Source: a virus
Taxonomy: Duplodnaviria > Caudoviricetes
IMG/VR virus record: IMGVR_UViG_3300029145_000009
Location: 1-39,036 of that record
Strand: one strand, 5' to 3'
DNA length: 39,036 nt
Numbering within the stretch: the stretch's first letter is position 1; the number at the start of each line of letters is the position of its first letter. Under the pieces are notes generated by a model, which saw only the letters and a list, made by a program, of their open reading frames with translations, did no database searches and was not told the origin of the DNA. A program made the position numbers and the translations under genes. Positions 9,480 to 20,200 of the stretch are shown here, piece by piece.

Positions 9480-9947
9480 ATGTTTGAACTAATAGGCTTT
9501 ATTAATACATTTTTGACCGTATTATTTTTATGCGTATGCTTTTTTACACTTAGCAGAGCAATTTTAGCTTATTGCTTCTTTACAGCATTATTTACAATGA
9601 GCACGCTAGGTTTGTCGAAAGACTCACCTAGCTTCTATCTATATTATATAGGTGCTGCGTTTAATGATTTATTGATTTTAATGGCGTTGAATAGACTAGC
9701 TCCATTTACCAAAACTAATCGGCGCTTAACTTATGCTTGTCTTATGTCTATAGGCATAAACAGTGTGGGATGGGTGATCTGGATGTTATACGAACCTCCG
9801 AATATTTATAATCTGTTGTGTACAATAGTGTATATGTATGCAATAGTCGTAATGTTTTTAGATGGAGATACCGATAATGTGGGAATACGCGAACTGGCTT
9901 ACCGGCAGCTTAAGCTTTATTGCAATCGGTATGTTGGCCATAAATGA
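9480..9947 (+). CDS. Polytopic (about 5 TM) membrane protein of unknown function
   Basis: 155 aa with successive hydrophobic segments, between the micropeptide and a holin-like gene. Confidence 0.75.
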   Translation: MFELIGFINTFLTVLFLCVCFFTLSRAILAYCFFTALFTMSTLGLSKDSPSFYLYYIGAAFNDLLILMALNRLAPFTKTNRRLTYACLMSIGINSVGWVIWMLYEPPNIYNLLCTIVYMYAIVVMFLDGDTDNVGIRELAYRQLKLYCNRYVGHK

Positions 9948-10008
9948 GTATAAAGCTCGAAAGAGGAAGGAAGTACTAGATGAACTTAGTAAGCGATATG
10001 ATAAATAA
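9877..10008 (+). CDS. Hidden 43-aa single-TM protein MWEYANWLTGSLSFIAIGMLAINEYKARKRKEVLDELSKRYDK (overlapping frame)
   Basis: SD GGAG 9864-9867, ATG 9877, TAA 10006-10008. A TM helix followed by a basic tail. Overlaps both neighbours in a third frame. Confidence 0.5.
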   Translation: MWEYANWLTGSLSFIAIGMLAINEYKARKRKEVLDELSKRYDK

Positions 10009-10246
10009 CCTTCGAATAGGTTATGCAATAGGTTTAGGCACTGCAGGTACAGGTCTAACTTTTTCTTGGCTTCAATGGGTTTCAGCTGATTTAGGTAGTC
10101 TTGCTACTATATCAGGTAGCGCATTGTCTATAACGTTGATTATTTCACATTGGCGTAAAATGCGAAGAGATGCTGAAAAACATGAACTAGAAAAGAAACT
10201 TTTACTGCAACAACTGAAAAATAACCATGAAGATACAGAAGTTTGA
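9980..10246 (+). CDS. Putative holin (2 TM, charged C-terminus)
   Basis: 88 aa with two hydrophobic segments and a highly charged tail (WRKMRRDAEKHELEKK). SD AGGAAGG. Confidence 0.55.
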   Translation: MNLVSDMINNLRIGYAIGLGTAGTGLTFSWLQWVSADLGSLATISGSALSITLIISHWRKMRRDAEKHELEKKLLLQQLKNNHEDTEV

Positions 10247-12143
10247 TGGCGGATTAAGCACTAGGCTAGCGCCTCAGATGCTTAATCTGAATGAAGGAAG
10301 AGTGTATGAGAATATCGATAATGAGGTAGGTATTCTTGCGCCTGTGAAAAGTAAAACTGAGACTTCAATAGAAGTTCAACGGTTTGCTACTTTTTATAAT
10401 GCGGCGCAACAGTGGGTATCCTCAAACACTTTTACAGACTATGTAGAATTCCAAAAGATTTTGTACTCTACTGACAGAGTTGGTAGACCACAAAAGTATG
10501 ACGGAACAAATCGAAATAATTTAGGTATTTCTGCACCGACTGTAGCTCCAACAGTGACAACATCTAGTAGTGTAGATACACCTACAGAAGCTGACTTGAT
10601 TGCAGGTAATGCTGGTGATTTACCGTCTACTACGCATTACTATATTTTAGTTAATGATGATGGTACTTTCTTATCTGGTCCTTTACGTACTAGTATAGAC
10701 TTGGTTAATAATCGTATTAACTTAGATAATGAAGACTTTGAACAACGCTTCGGTAGAATTGAACCTGGTATAATACAATATGTAAATACTTCTAATAATT
10801 TAACTCGAAGTGTAGAAATACAAAATGTAAAAGGTATTACTTATGGAGTTAATGGCGTAAAAGTCTACCGTCTATATGCAGGTACTTACAGATTAGTAGG
10901 TACTTTAGCTAATGCAGGAGCTACTTTAAACGATACAACTTATGATATTTCAGGTAATGATGCTTTTGATGAAGTAGAAGTTGCACCTTTATCGGGTACG
11001 TTACAGTATGTTTATACTTTTGTAAATTCAACAGATGGTACAGAATCAATACCTAGTCCTGTGTCTGTAGAACAAACAGTACTTAGTAGTGTTAACTTAA
11101 CTACAATACAAGTATCACCTGACCCACAAGTAGATAAGAAAAGAATATATCGATTAGGTGGTAATATTGCTACTTTTTCTTTAGTTGCAGAGATCGATAA
11201 TTCTACAACTACTTATTTAGATGAAACGCCTGATACCGAGATAATAGGTACAGTTCTTACATCGATATCTAATACAGCAGCGCCTGCTGGTTTAGCGTTT
11301 TTACGTGAAGCTTATGCAATGCTCTTTGGTGCTGAAGATACAAAGCTAAGATTTACACCTATAGGTGAACCTGATTACTGGCCTGAGTTGTTTTTTATAC
11401 AATTTAGCACTCCAATAACTGGTATAGCGCCAGTAACGAATGGTGTGCTTGTATTTACTCAGTTTAATACTCATTTAATTACCGGTACAGGTCCCAGTTC
11501 ATTAGCTCGATATTTAATTAGTAAAGACCAAGGTTGTATAGATGCATCATCTATACAAATTATTGGTGGTTCAGCTATATGGGCTTCTACAGACGGCTTG
11601 TGTACATCTAATGGTAGTTCTGCAGTTCAAGTATTAACAAAAGATAAGCTAGGTAAAATTGCATTAAATCCTGTAGATTCAGCTGTACATGATGAAGTAT
11701 ACTATCTACTAGAAAATAACGGTTCTATTTTAGCATTAGATTATCGTTATGGTAAAGTGTTAAAGCGATTAGTCTTAGATATAAATTCACTAGCAGTTGG
11801 AAACGATATTTTATACGGTCATCTAAATGGACGACTGCATTCATTATTCTCTTCTAGCATAGTAGAAGAGTTCAAGTACACGTCACCAACGTTTATAGAA
11901 GGTAAGAAAACGGAAGAAAAACAATATAAAAAAGTGTACATTTATTCAAAAGGTGATATAATAATAAATATATATATTGATAATGTTTTAGTTACTAGTA
12001 GGACGTTAGAGACTGAAAATGGTCACGTGATTCAAGTACCGCAAGACAGACAACGAGGTCATTTTATTCAGTTTGAAATAACAGGTACAGGTGAAGTAGA
12101 TGAAATTGAATACATTGTAGCAGGACGAAAAAGTGGCGAATGA
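10227..12143 (+). CDS. Tail nozzle / packaged-DNA stabilisation protein (P22 gp10 / tubular protein B-like)
   Basis: 638 aa. Begins KIQKFDGGL and has beta-propeller-like motifs (LRFTPIGEPDYWP, ITGIAPV, QGCIDASS, WASTDGL), with two inserted beta-sandwich repeats (..VYRL.., ..IYRL..). Confidence 0.7.
   Translation: MKIQKFDGGLSTRLAPQMLNLNEGRVYENIDNEVGILAPVKSKTETSIEVQRFATFYNAAQQWVSSNTFTDYVEFQKILYSTDRVGRPQKYDGTNRNNLGISAPTVAPTVTTSSSVDTPTEADLIAGNAGDLPSTTHYYILVNDDGTFLSGPLRTSIDLVNNRINLDNEDFEQRFGRIEPGIIQYVNTSNNLTRSVEIQNVKGITYGVNGVKVYRLYAGTYRLVGTLANAGATLNDTTYDISGNDAFDEVEVAPLSGTLQYVYTFVNSTDGTESIPSPVSVEQTVLSSVNLTTIQVSPDPQVDKKRIYRLGGNIATFSLVAEIDNSTTTYLDETPDTEIIGTVLTSISNTAAPAGLAFLREAYAMLFGAEDTKLRFTPIGEPDYWPELFFIQFSTPITGIAPVTNGVLVFTQFNTHLITGTGPSSLARYLISKDQGCIDASSIQIIGGSAIWASTDGLCTSNGSSAVQVLTKDKLGKIALNPVDSAVHDEVYYLLENNGSILALDYRYGKVLKRLVLDINSLAVGNDILYGHLNGRLHSLFSSSIVEEFKYTSPTFIEGKKTEEKQYKKVYIYSKGDIIINIYIDNVLVTSRTLETENGHVIQVPQDRQRGHFIQFEITGTGEVDEIEYIVAGRKSGE
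11934..11962 (+). promoter_or_regulatory. Internal sigma70-type promoter (GTGTAC-N17-TATAAT, extended -10)
   Basis: GTGTAC 11934-11939, TG 11954-11955, TATAAT 11957-11962, inside the nozzle gene and upstream of the needle, ejection and portal genes. Confidence 0.6.
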
Positions 12144-12720
12144 ATCATTCATACAAATACCTACTGATTTAACTGACAATGCAGTACTTTATCGTACTAT
12201 TGCTAAAATAGTAGAAGAAATTGATATTATTGCTGGTAATAGAGCCGATGACGGTTATGTTTCGCAGTCACAACTTGCAGGTACTTCTACAACTACAGCA
12301 GTTAGTCTAACTTCGCTTAGCACTTCTATAAATGAAATCAATAACACTTTGGCATCATTGACAGCACAAACTGAAGAAAATGCTACTAATATAGCTAACT
12401 TACAGACTTCAGTAGATGCATTACAGTTTGTATTACAGTATAATACTCTAGATACAGCTTATAATGACTTCGACAACGCTGTATGGGGCACTTTAAAAGG
12501 CGCAGGTCAATTTAGTGCATTAGGCAGTGCAATGACCAATCCACCGTTTGTTGTTACACCGGCAACGCTTTATATTGTGTATGCTTACAGTATAACTACA
12601 ACGGGTGGTGGTGTGGTACAGATTGTACATATGGAAGATACAGGTACAGATGTTAAAACATTTGTACGTACAGGCGATTCATTTGCACAAGCAGTAACAA
12701 ACGGGTGGGCACAATTATGA
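12133..12720 (+). CDS. Tail needle-like protein (coiled coil plus C-terminal knob)
   Basis: GTG start. Heptad stretch LSTSINEINNTLASLTAQTEENATNIANLQTSVDALQ, then a beta-rich knob. Follows the nozzle gene as P22 gp26 does. Confidence 0.55.
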   Translation: MANESFIQIPTDLTDNAVLYRTIAKIVEEIDIIAGNRADDGYVSQSQLAGTSTTTAVSLTSLSTSINEINNTLASLTAQTEENATNIANLQTSVDALQFVLQYNTLDTAYNDFDNAVWGTLKGAGQFSALGSAMTNPPFVVTPATLYIVYAYSITTTGGGVVQIVHMEDTGTDVKTFVRTGDSFAQAVTNGWAQL

Positions 12721-13157
12721 CAACTGAAATATCTACTGATCCTGTAAAACAAATCTTTACTACGATGAATAATCCATCAAAGGCAAGTATCTCTGAGTTA
12801 GAAGCAGTATTAGCTACGTATCCTACTATACAACCTCATGTAGATCATGTATTTGCTAAAGGCGCATATATGCGTTGTATTAGTATGGCTAAAGGTACTA
12901 TTATTACAAGTAAAATACATAAAACAGAGCATATCAGTGTAGTTGTAACTGGTGATGTCTCTATATCAAAAGCAGATGGTACACAAATACGAGTAAAAGC
13001 ACCACATGTATTCGTTACCCAGCCAAATACAAAAAGAGCTATTATAGTGCACGAAGACACTGTTTGGATGACTTTTCATCCAACAAATGAAACAGATTTA
13101 GCTAAGATAGAAGATGAAATTATAGCTAAAAATTATTTAGATGAAGAGGTGAACTAA
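12717..13157 (+). CDS. Cupin-fold protein
   Basis: HVFAKGAYMRCISMAKGTIITSKIHKTEH...TKRAIIVHEDTVWMTFH cupin pattern. ATG 12717 is ATGA-coupled to the needle gene. Confidence 0.65.
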   Translation: MTTEISTDPVKQIFTTMNNPSKASISELEAVLATYPTIQPHVDHVFAKGAYMRCISMAKGTIITSKIHKTEHISVVVTGDVSISKADGTQIRVKAPHVFVTQPNTKRAIIVHEDTVWMTFHPTNETDLAKIEDEIIAKNYLDEEVN

Positions 13158-13756
13158 TGTCTTGGGGATATGTTGCTGTTGCAGCAGCCACTGTAGTATC
13201 TGCATATATGTCAAAAGAAGAAGCTAAAGATGCTCGTCAAGAAGCAGGAAGTGCTGAAGAACGAGCATTAGCCTTTGAACAAGAAAAGTATGATGATTGG
13301 CAAGAAGTGTATGGGCCATTACAAGAGAACTTATCTGAATATTACATTAATCTGTCACCAGATCAGTATGAAGTTATGGGCTTAGAAGCAATAGAAGAAG
13401 AAAAGGCAGCTAGTCTTAGAGCATTAAATGAACGGTTAGCACAGCGAGGTATATCTGATAGTGGTTTAGCTGCAGCTGCTGAATTAAATATTGAAATGAC
13501 TGCATTAGAAAATCGAGCAGAAATCCGTCGTGCGGCACCTGGTGCAGTAGCGGAACAACAACTAGGTTTTCTACAAGTAGGGCTAGGACAAGACCCTAGT
13601 GCAAGCATGTCACAAACATTAGGTCAACAAGCATTAGAAAGAAGTCGACGAGCTACTGCTGCTGAAATAGCAGCTGGTGAAGCATCTAGCGCAGCAATAT
13701 CTGCTGTAGGTACTGCTTTGTCAGAATATGCTGGTGATGACGAAGATAAAGGGTAA
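13157..13756 (+). CDS. DNA ejection (internal virion) protein 1, P22 gp7-like
   Basis: Hydrophobic Ala-rich N-terminus MSWGYVAVAAATVVSAY, helical body, LAQRGISDSG motif. Confidence 0.6.
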   Translation: MSWGYVAVAAATVVSAYMSKEEAKDARQEAGSAEERALAFEQEKYDDWQEVYGPLQENLSEYYINLSPDQYEVMGLEAIEEEKAASLRALNERLAQRGISDSGLAAAAELNIEMTALENRAEIRRAAPGAVAEQQLGFLQVGLGQDPSASMSQTLGQQALERSRRATAAEIAAGEASSAAISAVGTALSEYAGDDEDKG

Positions 13757-13767
13757 GAGAGGTTATA

Positions 13768-15411
13768 ATGGCAAGCGCACAATTTTATTCTGGTATAGCT
13801 AAAGGTCTTCGTACTGCGCAACTTGAACATCGCGATAAACCATTGCGTGATGCTAGATTAGCTGAAGCAAAATCAAAGCAGACCCTCGCAGAAGAACAAC
13901 TGCAAGAGTATCGAGAAGGTGCATCATTACGGAAGAGTGAAGCTGAGCTTGCTGCAGCACGAGCTCAAGCACAATTAAGAAGTGTACAAGCTGCATCGCT
14001 TAAGCAAGAGTCGTATAATGCATTTGATAGATATGAAGCTGATAATGACATCAAACATTTGAATAATTGGTTAAAAGATGCAAAGAAGATTCCTATGGGT
14101 AATAAAATTCATAGTAACGTCGTTCGATTAGATGAAGTAACTAGAACACCGCAATCCGAGAATATGCTGAAGCAAGCAGGTGTCACTGATTTAGATGCAT
14201 ACTTTGCCGAACCTAAAATGTTTGGTAACTATGTTATGGCAACTGATCCAAGTGGTAAGCAAGAACTTAAAGATATGGACCAAGTGTATAAAGCAACTGG
14301 ATATACTCAATATGCAACTTCTAAACAATTAGAAGGCTTGCAGACCAGAACGAAAATTAAGCAATTACAGACTTACGGTGTACCATATACGCAAATGGGT
14401 AAAGTAGAAAAGTTAGCTCGTAGTCTATCTGAAGCTTTAAACGTACCTTATCCTGAAGCTCTAAAAATGGCGATGGATAAGTTAAAGAAAACAGGTAGCA
14501 CCCAAATAGAACGTATGGCAGATGAATTGCAAAAAGCAAATCCTGGTATGTCAAGAGTTGATGCTTTAAATCAAGCTACACTTAGTTTAAAAAGTGCAGG
14601 TACAGAAGTTGAGCGTGAGACAAGTAGACTGCTAGCTGAAAATCCTGACTTAACTCGAGAGCAAGCACAAGCACAAGCTAAGCGAAGAGTAGAAAAACGT
14701 ACGTCTGCTCAAAAAGATATCAGCGCAGCAGAAAATGTACGTGAAGATATACATAAAATAGCAGGCGGTGATTTTTGGTCTGCCGATTTAACTGATGCTA
14801 CTATTAGACGAAAATTAGGACCGAAAATTTCTGCGTTAGAAAAATTAACAGGTAAAGAGCTAAGTCAAGAAGATAAACGCGTAGTTAGAAATATGCGTGA
14901 ATTAACTGATTTAGGTGAAACTGCGGGTGGGAATATTACTGATGCTGAAACGGGCTTAATTGATCGTATGCTACACGGTGTTAAAAAATATACTAGCGAC
15001 AATGTTAGTGGTGTTGCAGGTACGTCAGCTTATGCTACTTTTAGAAATACTTTTAGACATGCATTATATGGTTCAGCTTTAACACCTGCAGAGATTCAAT
15101 CATTCAATGAAGCTGCAGGCACATTAGGTCAGCAAACAGGCCCAGTATTACAACAGTTAGCTGCACAAATGCAGACAATAAAAAGTCAATTACAATCTGT
15201 ATACGATATGAATGATGAGATGATTGCGCAATATTATTTAGGTCGTAGTAGAGATGATATAGATCAAGCAATTGAACAGTTAGAAGAACGTATTAAACTT
15301 GTATCAGGGCCTACTGTACAAAATATAGAAGATACGAACAAGCCTACAGTACAAGATACAACACGTGCTAATCGACCATCATTGGATGAAATCTTTAAAG
15401 GTGTTAACTAA
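13768..15411 (+). CDS. DNA ejection (internal virion) protein 2
   Basis: 547 aa, helical and Ala/Gln/Lys-rich, no Cys, ends RPSLDEIF. Follows ejection protein 1. Confidence 0.55.
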   Translation: MASAQFYSGIAKGLRTAQLEHRDKPLRDARLAEAKSKQTLAEEQLQEYREGASLRKSEAELAAARAQAQLRSVQAASLKQESYNAFDRYEADNDIKHLNNWLKDAKKIPMGNKIHSNVVRLDEVTRTPQSENMLKQAGVTDLDAYFAEPKMFGNYVMATDPSGKQELKDMDQVYKATGYTQYATSKQLEGLQTRTKIKQLQTYGVPYTQMGKVEKLARSLSEALNVPYPEALKMAMDKLKKTGSTQIERMADELQKANPGMSRVDALNQATLSLKSAGTEVERETSRLLAENPDLTREQAQAQAKRRVEKRTSAQKDISAAENVREDIHKIAGGDFWSADLTDATIRRKLGPKISALEKLTGKELSQEDKRVVRNMRELTDLGETAGGNITDAETGLIDRMLHGVKKYTSDNVSGVAGTSAYATFRNTFRHALYGSALTPAEIQSFNEAAGTLGQQTGPVLQQLAAQMQTIKSQLQSVYDMNDEMIAQYYLGRSRDDIDQAIEQLEERIKLVSGPTVQNIEDTNKPTVQDTTRANRPSLDEIFKGVN

Positions 15412-17246
15412 TGAAAGCAACAATTAAAGACTTAAAAGATTCTTTTAAAGTAGGTTATGAAGCATATGAAACTTCTAGAAAAGAAGCTAACCAAGTGTGG
15501 GATATGTATCATAATAGGCAATATACGACTGCTCAACTATTAATTTTAGAACAACGTGGCCAACCTGCTGAAACTTTTAATGTTATAAAGTTATTTGCTA
15601 GAATGTTAGTAGGTTATTATTCAACTGTTGTAAATACAGTTAAAGTTAATCCAGAAGACCCATCTGATATTGATACTGCAAGTATATTAAATGATACAGT
15701 TAATCATGTGTTTAACGACAATAGATTTGATATCGAAGGTGACTCAATTAAATTGGGTGGTATGATATCAGGTTTACTTGTATCATATATTGATGTACAA
15801 GATACAGGTAAACGGGATGCATTTAATCGGCCTATCCATAGATTAGATGTTAGCCATGTTCCAGATAATGAAATTGTACTTGATCCTAGCAGTCAATTAG
15901 ATGATTATTCAGACGCAACGTGGTTACATCGATTTAAATGGTTAACAGGTGACACCGTAGAAAAAGTATTCGGTAAAAAGATACGTGACCAATTAGATGA
16001 GTATTATAATTTTTTAAACGTAGATGAAGCTGATTTTGAATTTAACTATGGTTGGGAATATACAGGATACTATCGTGTATTCGATAATTACTTAATTGTA
16101 CATTCTGTTATAGAAGACGACAAGGGAGAACGCTGGTCTTGTTTCTGGTCTAACAATACTATGATATTGAAAGAAAAAATTACTTTCAAAGAAACAAGAT
16201 GGCCTTACAGAGTACAAAAGCTGCACAGCTCAAATAGAACAGAATTCTACGGTATTTTTAGAGAAGTAATGGAATCTCAAAAAGCCGTTAATCAGGCACT
16301 GTTAAAATTACAACAAATGGCTAATTCAGAAAAGGTGTTTGTTGAAAAAGGAGCAGTAGAAAATATAGATGATTTTACTATGGCAGTTACGCGCATAAAT
16401 GGTATCATACCAGTGTTAAAGTTAAACGGTATTAAAGTAGATAAACTAACAAAAGAGATATTAGACCAATATGCAATTATCGATAAGTCGTTTGACCGTA
16501 TACAACGTATATTAGGTATTAATGATAGTTTTCTAGGTATGGCTTTTGCATCTGATTCAGGTCGTAAAGTGAAATTGCAGCAGAGCGCTACCATTATGTC
16601 TCTTCGATATATCACAGCTCGAATAGAATCTTTTTATCGTTCTCTTGGTTGGGATATAGCTAATCTTGTAAAACAGTACTATACAGCTACCCAAGTATTA
16701 CGAATTGCAGATGAATCAGTAGGTGCACGTTGGGTTGAATTAAATAAGCCTATGATGCAATTTAGTGGCATGCTTGACCCAGTAACAGGTGAACCAGTAT
16801 ATGAGCCTATATTACTACCTATGGAAGACCCTGCATCTGGTGATTTTATTACGGATGCAGAAGGTAATATCGTGTTAGCTCCAGTATCAGAAGAAGGTAC
16901 AGAATTTGCATTTACTGAATTTCAAGTCGATATTGAATCTTCTAGTTATAACGATGAAGATGAAAAAGCACAACTAATGTTAGAATCAGTAATGAGTGGA
17001 CAAATAGGTCAAATGACTGCTCAAGTTAATCCGGCTGGGTTCTTCCAGATGGCTTCTTTAGCTATTAAAGGTATGAAAACTAAACATACACCAGAGCTCA
17101 GTGAAATATTACATCAAACAGCCCAAATGTTAGGTCAAGACCCTATCGCGCAACAAGATGCATCTTTAATGGCGCAAAATAGCAATGGCGGAACACCTAA
17201 GAGCAAAGACTTGAAATTACCACAAAATACGAATGAAGGAGTTTAA
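15411..17246 (+). CDS. Portal protein (P22-like)
   Basis: 611 aa. YHNRQYT..LEQRGQPAETFNVIK, IVLDP..DYSDA.W, YGIFREVMESQKAVN, ILGINDSFLG..SG, Gln-rich C-terminus. Confidence 0.85.
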   Translation: MKATIKDLKDSFKVGYEAYETSRKEANQVWDMYHNRQYTTAQLLILEQRGQPAETFNVIKLFARMLVGYYSTVVNTVKVNPEDPSDIDTASILNDTVNHVFNDNRFDIEGDSIKLGGMISGLLVSYIDVQDTGKRDAFNRPIHRLDVSHVPDNEIVLDPSSQLDDYSDATWLHRFKWLTGDTVEKVFGKKIRDQLDEYYNFLNVDEADFEFNYGWEYTGYYRVFDNYLIVHSVIEDDKGERWSCFWSNNTMILKEKITFKETRWPYRVQKLHSSNRTEFYGIFREVMESQKAVNQALLKLQQMANSEKVFVEKGAVENIDDFTMAVTRINGIIPVLKLNGIKVDKLTKEILDQYAIIDKSFDRIQRILGINDSFLGMAFASDSGRKVKLQQSATIMSLRYITARIESFYRSLGWDIANLVKQYYTATQVLRIADESVGARWVELNKPMMQFSGMLDPVTGEPVYEPILLPMEDPASGDFITDAEGNIVLAPVSEEGTEFAFTEFQVDIESSSYNDEDEKAQLMLESVMSGQIGQMTAQVNPAGFFQMASLAIKGMKTKHTPELSEILHQTAQMLGQDPIAQQDASLMAQNSNGGTPKSKDLKLPQNTNEGV

Positions 17247-20200
17247 TGATGGCTGTTGTTAAATCACTATTAAAAGAAATAATCGAAGCATTCCCAGAAG
17301 GTCAGACTGTTAAAGGTTCAAACCTAGAGCCAATGCTAAAGAAAAAAGGTGTTAAGCCAGAAGAAATTAAATTTGCAGATTTAGGTATAGACCCAACAAC
17401 ACGGTATGACAAAGAAAGCCTACAAAAACTTGAAGCAGGTAGGCAAGATAAATTTGAAACAACTGAAATACCAAAGAAAGAATTTGAACATACAAGTTTA
17501 CATGATGTAGCAACTAATCCTACGTATAAAGAAAAAGTAATTACATTTAGTCAACCTAAAACAAAGACAACTAAATCTACAAGACCTAATACTGCAGAAA
17601 TAGCTGCGCAAGTGGAAGAGTTACGAAATGCCAAGACGCCAGAAGAATATGATACATTACTAGATAAATTTTATGAGCAATATCCTAATACCGGTGAAAC
17701 CATACATCGAGTAGGTTTAGATAATTATCCTACTGATGACGTAGTAGCAGATATCTTAGAAGCTGACCAAGCAGCATTAAAAGGTTCTAGATATACTTCT
17801 GAGCATTTTCCAGAACAAGAAAATTATTTAATGCATAATCGTGTATTTGATGATACAATAGATGGTAAATCTACAAGAGTATTAGAAGAAATACAATCTG
17901 ACTTGCATCAAGAAGCGCGCAAGAGAGGTTATCAAGATACGGAGTTGGATATTGATTTTGCCAAAGGTAATCAAGAATTAGAACAGTTGGGTAAAGATTA
18001 TGATGATTTCTATTTGTCGAACGAGAATTCTAAGTTTAAAACAGATGAAGAAGCAGCAAAAGCAGTAGACCAATTTAAAGCTAAATATAATATAGATGAA
18101 GATATATTAATCTTAGATTACGAGAATCTAGAATCTATAATACGTGCTAGTACTAATATTAGCACTGGTTTACCACAGTCACCATATCAAAAAACTTGGT
18201 TACGTAAAGGTATTGAACGCGAATTAGTTGATGCAATAAATGAAGGTCAGCAGCAATTAGCTATCCCTATTAAAGGTGCGGTTTATCCCTTAAATAGAGG
18301 TGAAGGCGTTCAAAAGTGGTATGAGACTCAAGTAGCTAATACAGCTAAAAAAGTAGCTAAGTCTACTGGAGCTGACTTTAAAATGCAAACAGTATCTAAA
18401 AATGAGAATATATATCGTGCAGATGCAATTAGCTACATAAGTAATATTTTTTCAAGTGGTCCAGTTAATACTGCTGAAATAAAGAAATTAGCAGGACAAA
18501 GTGATGAAGCTTTAAAAATCTTAACGAATATGCAGACAGGTAATACACCAATATATGAAGGTATAACTAAGTTAGCTAATTTAAAAGAAGACTTAACTAT
18601 CGATTATGCTATAATAACTCCTAAAGCTGGGTCACAACCGACAGTGACGCTTTACTCAGCGCCAATAGCAGGTGGCTTTGCTGTATATACTGCTCTGCGT
18701 ATGGGTTATACTCAAGAAGAAATTACAGCTAAATTAAAAGCAGATGGCGAAGATGACGATGATATAGCTGCTACTTTTGAGACAGCACAAAAGATGTTAG
18801 CAGCGCATAATGCAGGTTATTCTGATGAAGAAATACAATCATACTTAATGCAGCAGCAACCAAAGTTGACGGATGTACAAGATTCTAATTCTATTAGTTT
18901 AGATGAAGTAGGGCCTGCTACAGCAAAAGAAATACTAGAAAAACGGAAAGATACACCGTTTTTCTCTGCATGGTATGAAAAGTATGATGTGCCTGAGAGT
19001 TTAGTAAAAGAAAAGCAAGAAAGTATGCAAGGCACATGGGAACAAGCTTATGCAGCTACAGTAATGAGTTTAAAAGAAAAGGTAACTAGTCATCAAAATC
19101 TTACTGATTTAGATTATGGTATGGACGCAGAAACTTTAGTTGCAAATCTAAAAGTTACTCAGCCTAATATGAGTTCTATTACCACTAGAATAGCTGGCTA
19201 TTTTGGTAATCAAAATGAAGCTAAAGTAGCTGCTGATGCAGAATACGCTAGCCGACAACGTATTTTAGATTTAGGTAATAAGCTGTTAGCTGAATCAGGT
19301 AGAAGTCTAAAATGGTATGACCCGCGTGACCCAAAAACGGCCGAAGCTAATACTGGCTTATTGTGGGATCCTGGCACTTGGTTAGTAGTAAATCCTGACG
19401 GTACTAAAGTCCCTGCTAATCCAGGTTTTTGGGCAAGTCTGCAGTCTGAAAGTAGTGAAATCACCGGTGCAGTTGTTGGTGGTATAACAGGTGCAAAAGT
19501 CGGTGCCAAATATACACCAGGGCCATGGTGGGCTAAACTATTAGGCGGTGGCGTAGGTTCATTAGTGGGCGCATCAAGTGGTGCATCTATTGGTAGTCAA
19601 TTCGACTACATGTCATCTGCAATACAAACACATCAAAATATGAGCTCTGAAGTAGCAGCACATCGCGCTTTAACTGCAGCAGAAGCTAGTATTATTGGTG
19701 ATGCAGTTGCTTATCCAGTAGCTAAAGGAATGAACTATGGCTGGCGTGCAATGATACGAGCAAAGAATTTTATTTTTGCAGGTAATCCTGAAGGTGCAAG
19801 ACGCGCATTAAAAGAATCTATGCATTTAGCAGATTCTGAAATTGAAGATATAGTTACACAGTTGCAACGTGTAGCCGATGTACCTGGTACTTTAGCTGGT
19901 GATAAAGAAATTGCTGCATTTATTGCTACACAGCCAGGTGGTGAAGGTTTAATGCGTGCAGCTGGTGCTATCGATGACATGGCAGGCAAAACAGTAGCAA
20001 AAGAAATAGATAAGCGTGCTCAAGACTTATTAAAGACTACTCAATCTATTTCAGATGAAAATATAGGTAAACTAATTAAAGAAGATTTTAATAACTACGT
20101 TGCTGATGTTAAAAATTTCTATGGTACAGTAAAAGCGCAAGTAGCAAAGTCACCTAATTCAAATAAATGGAGCTTTGACTATTCTAAGTTAGCGATAAAT

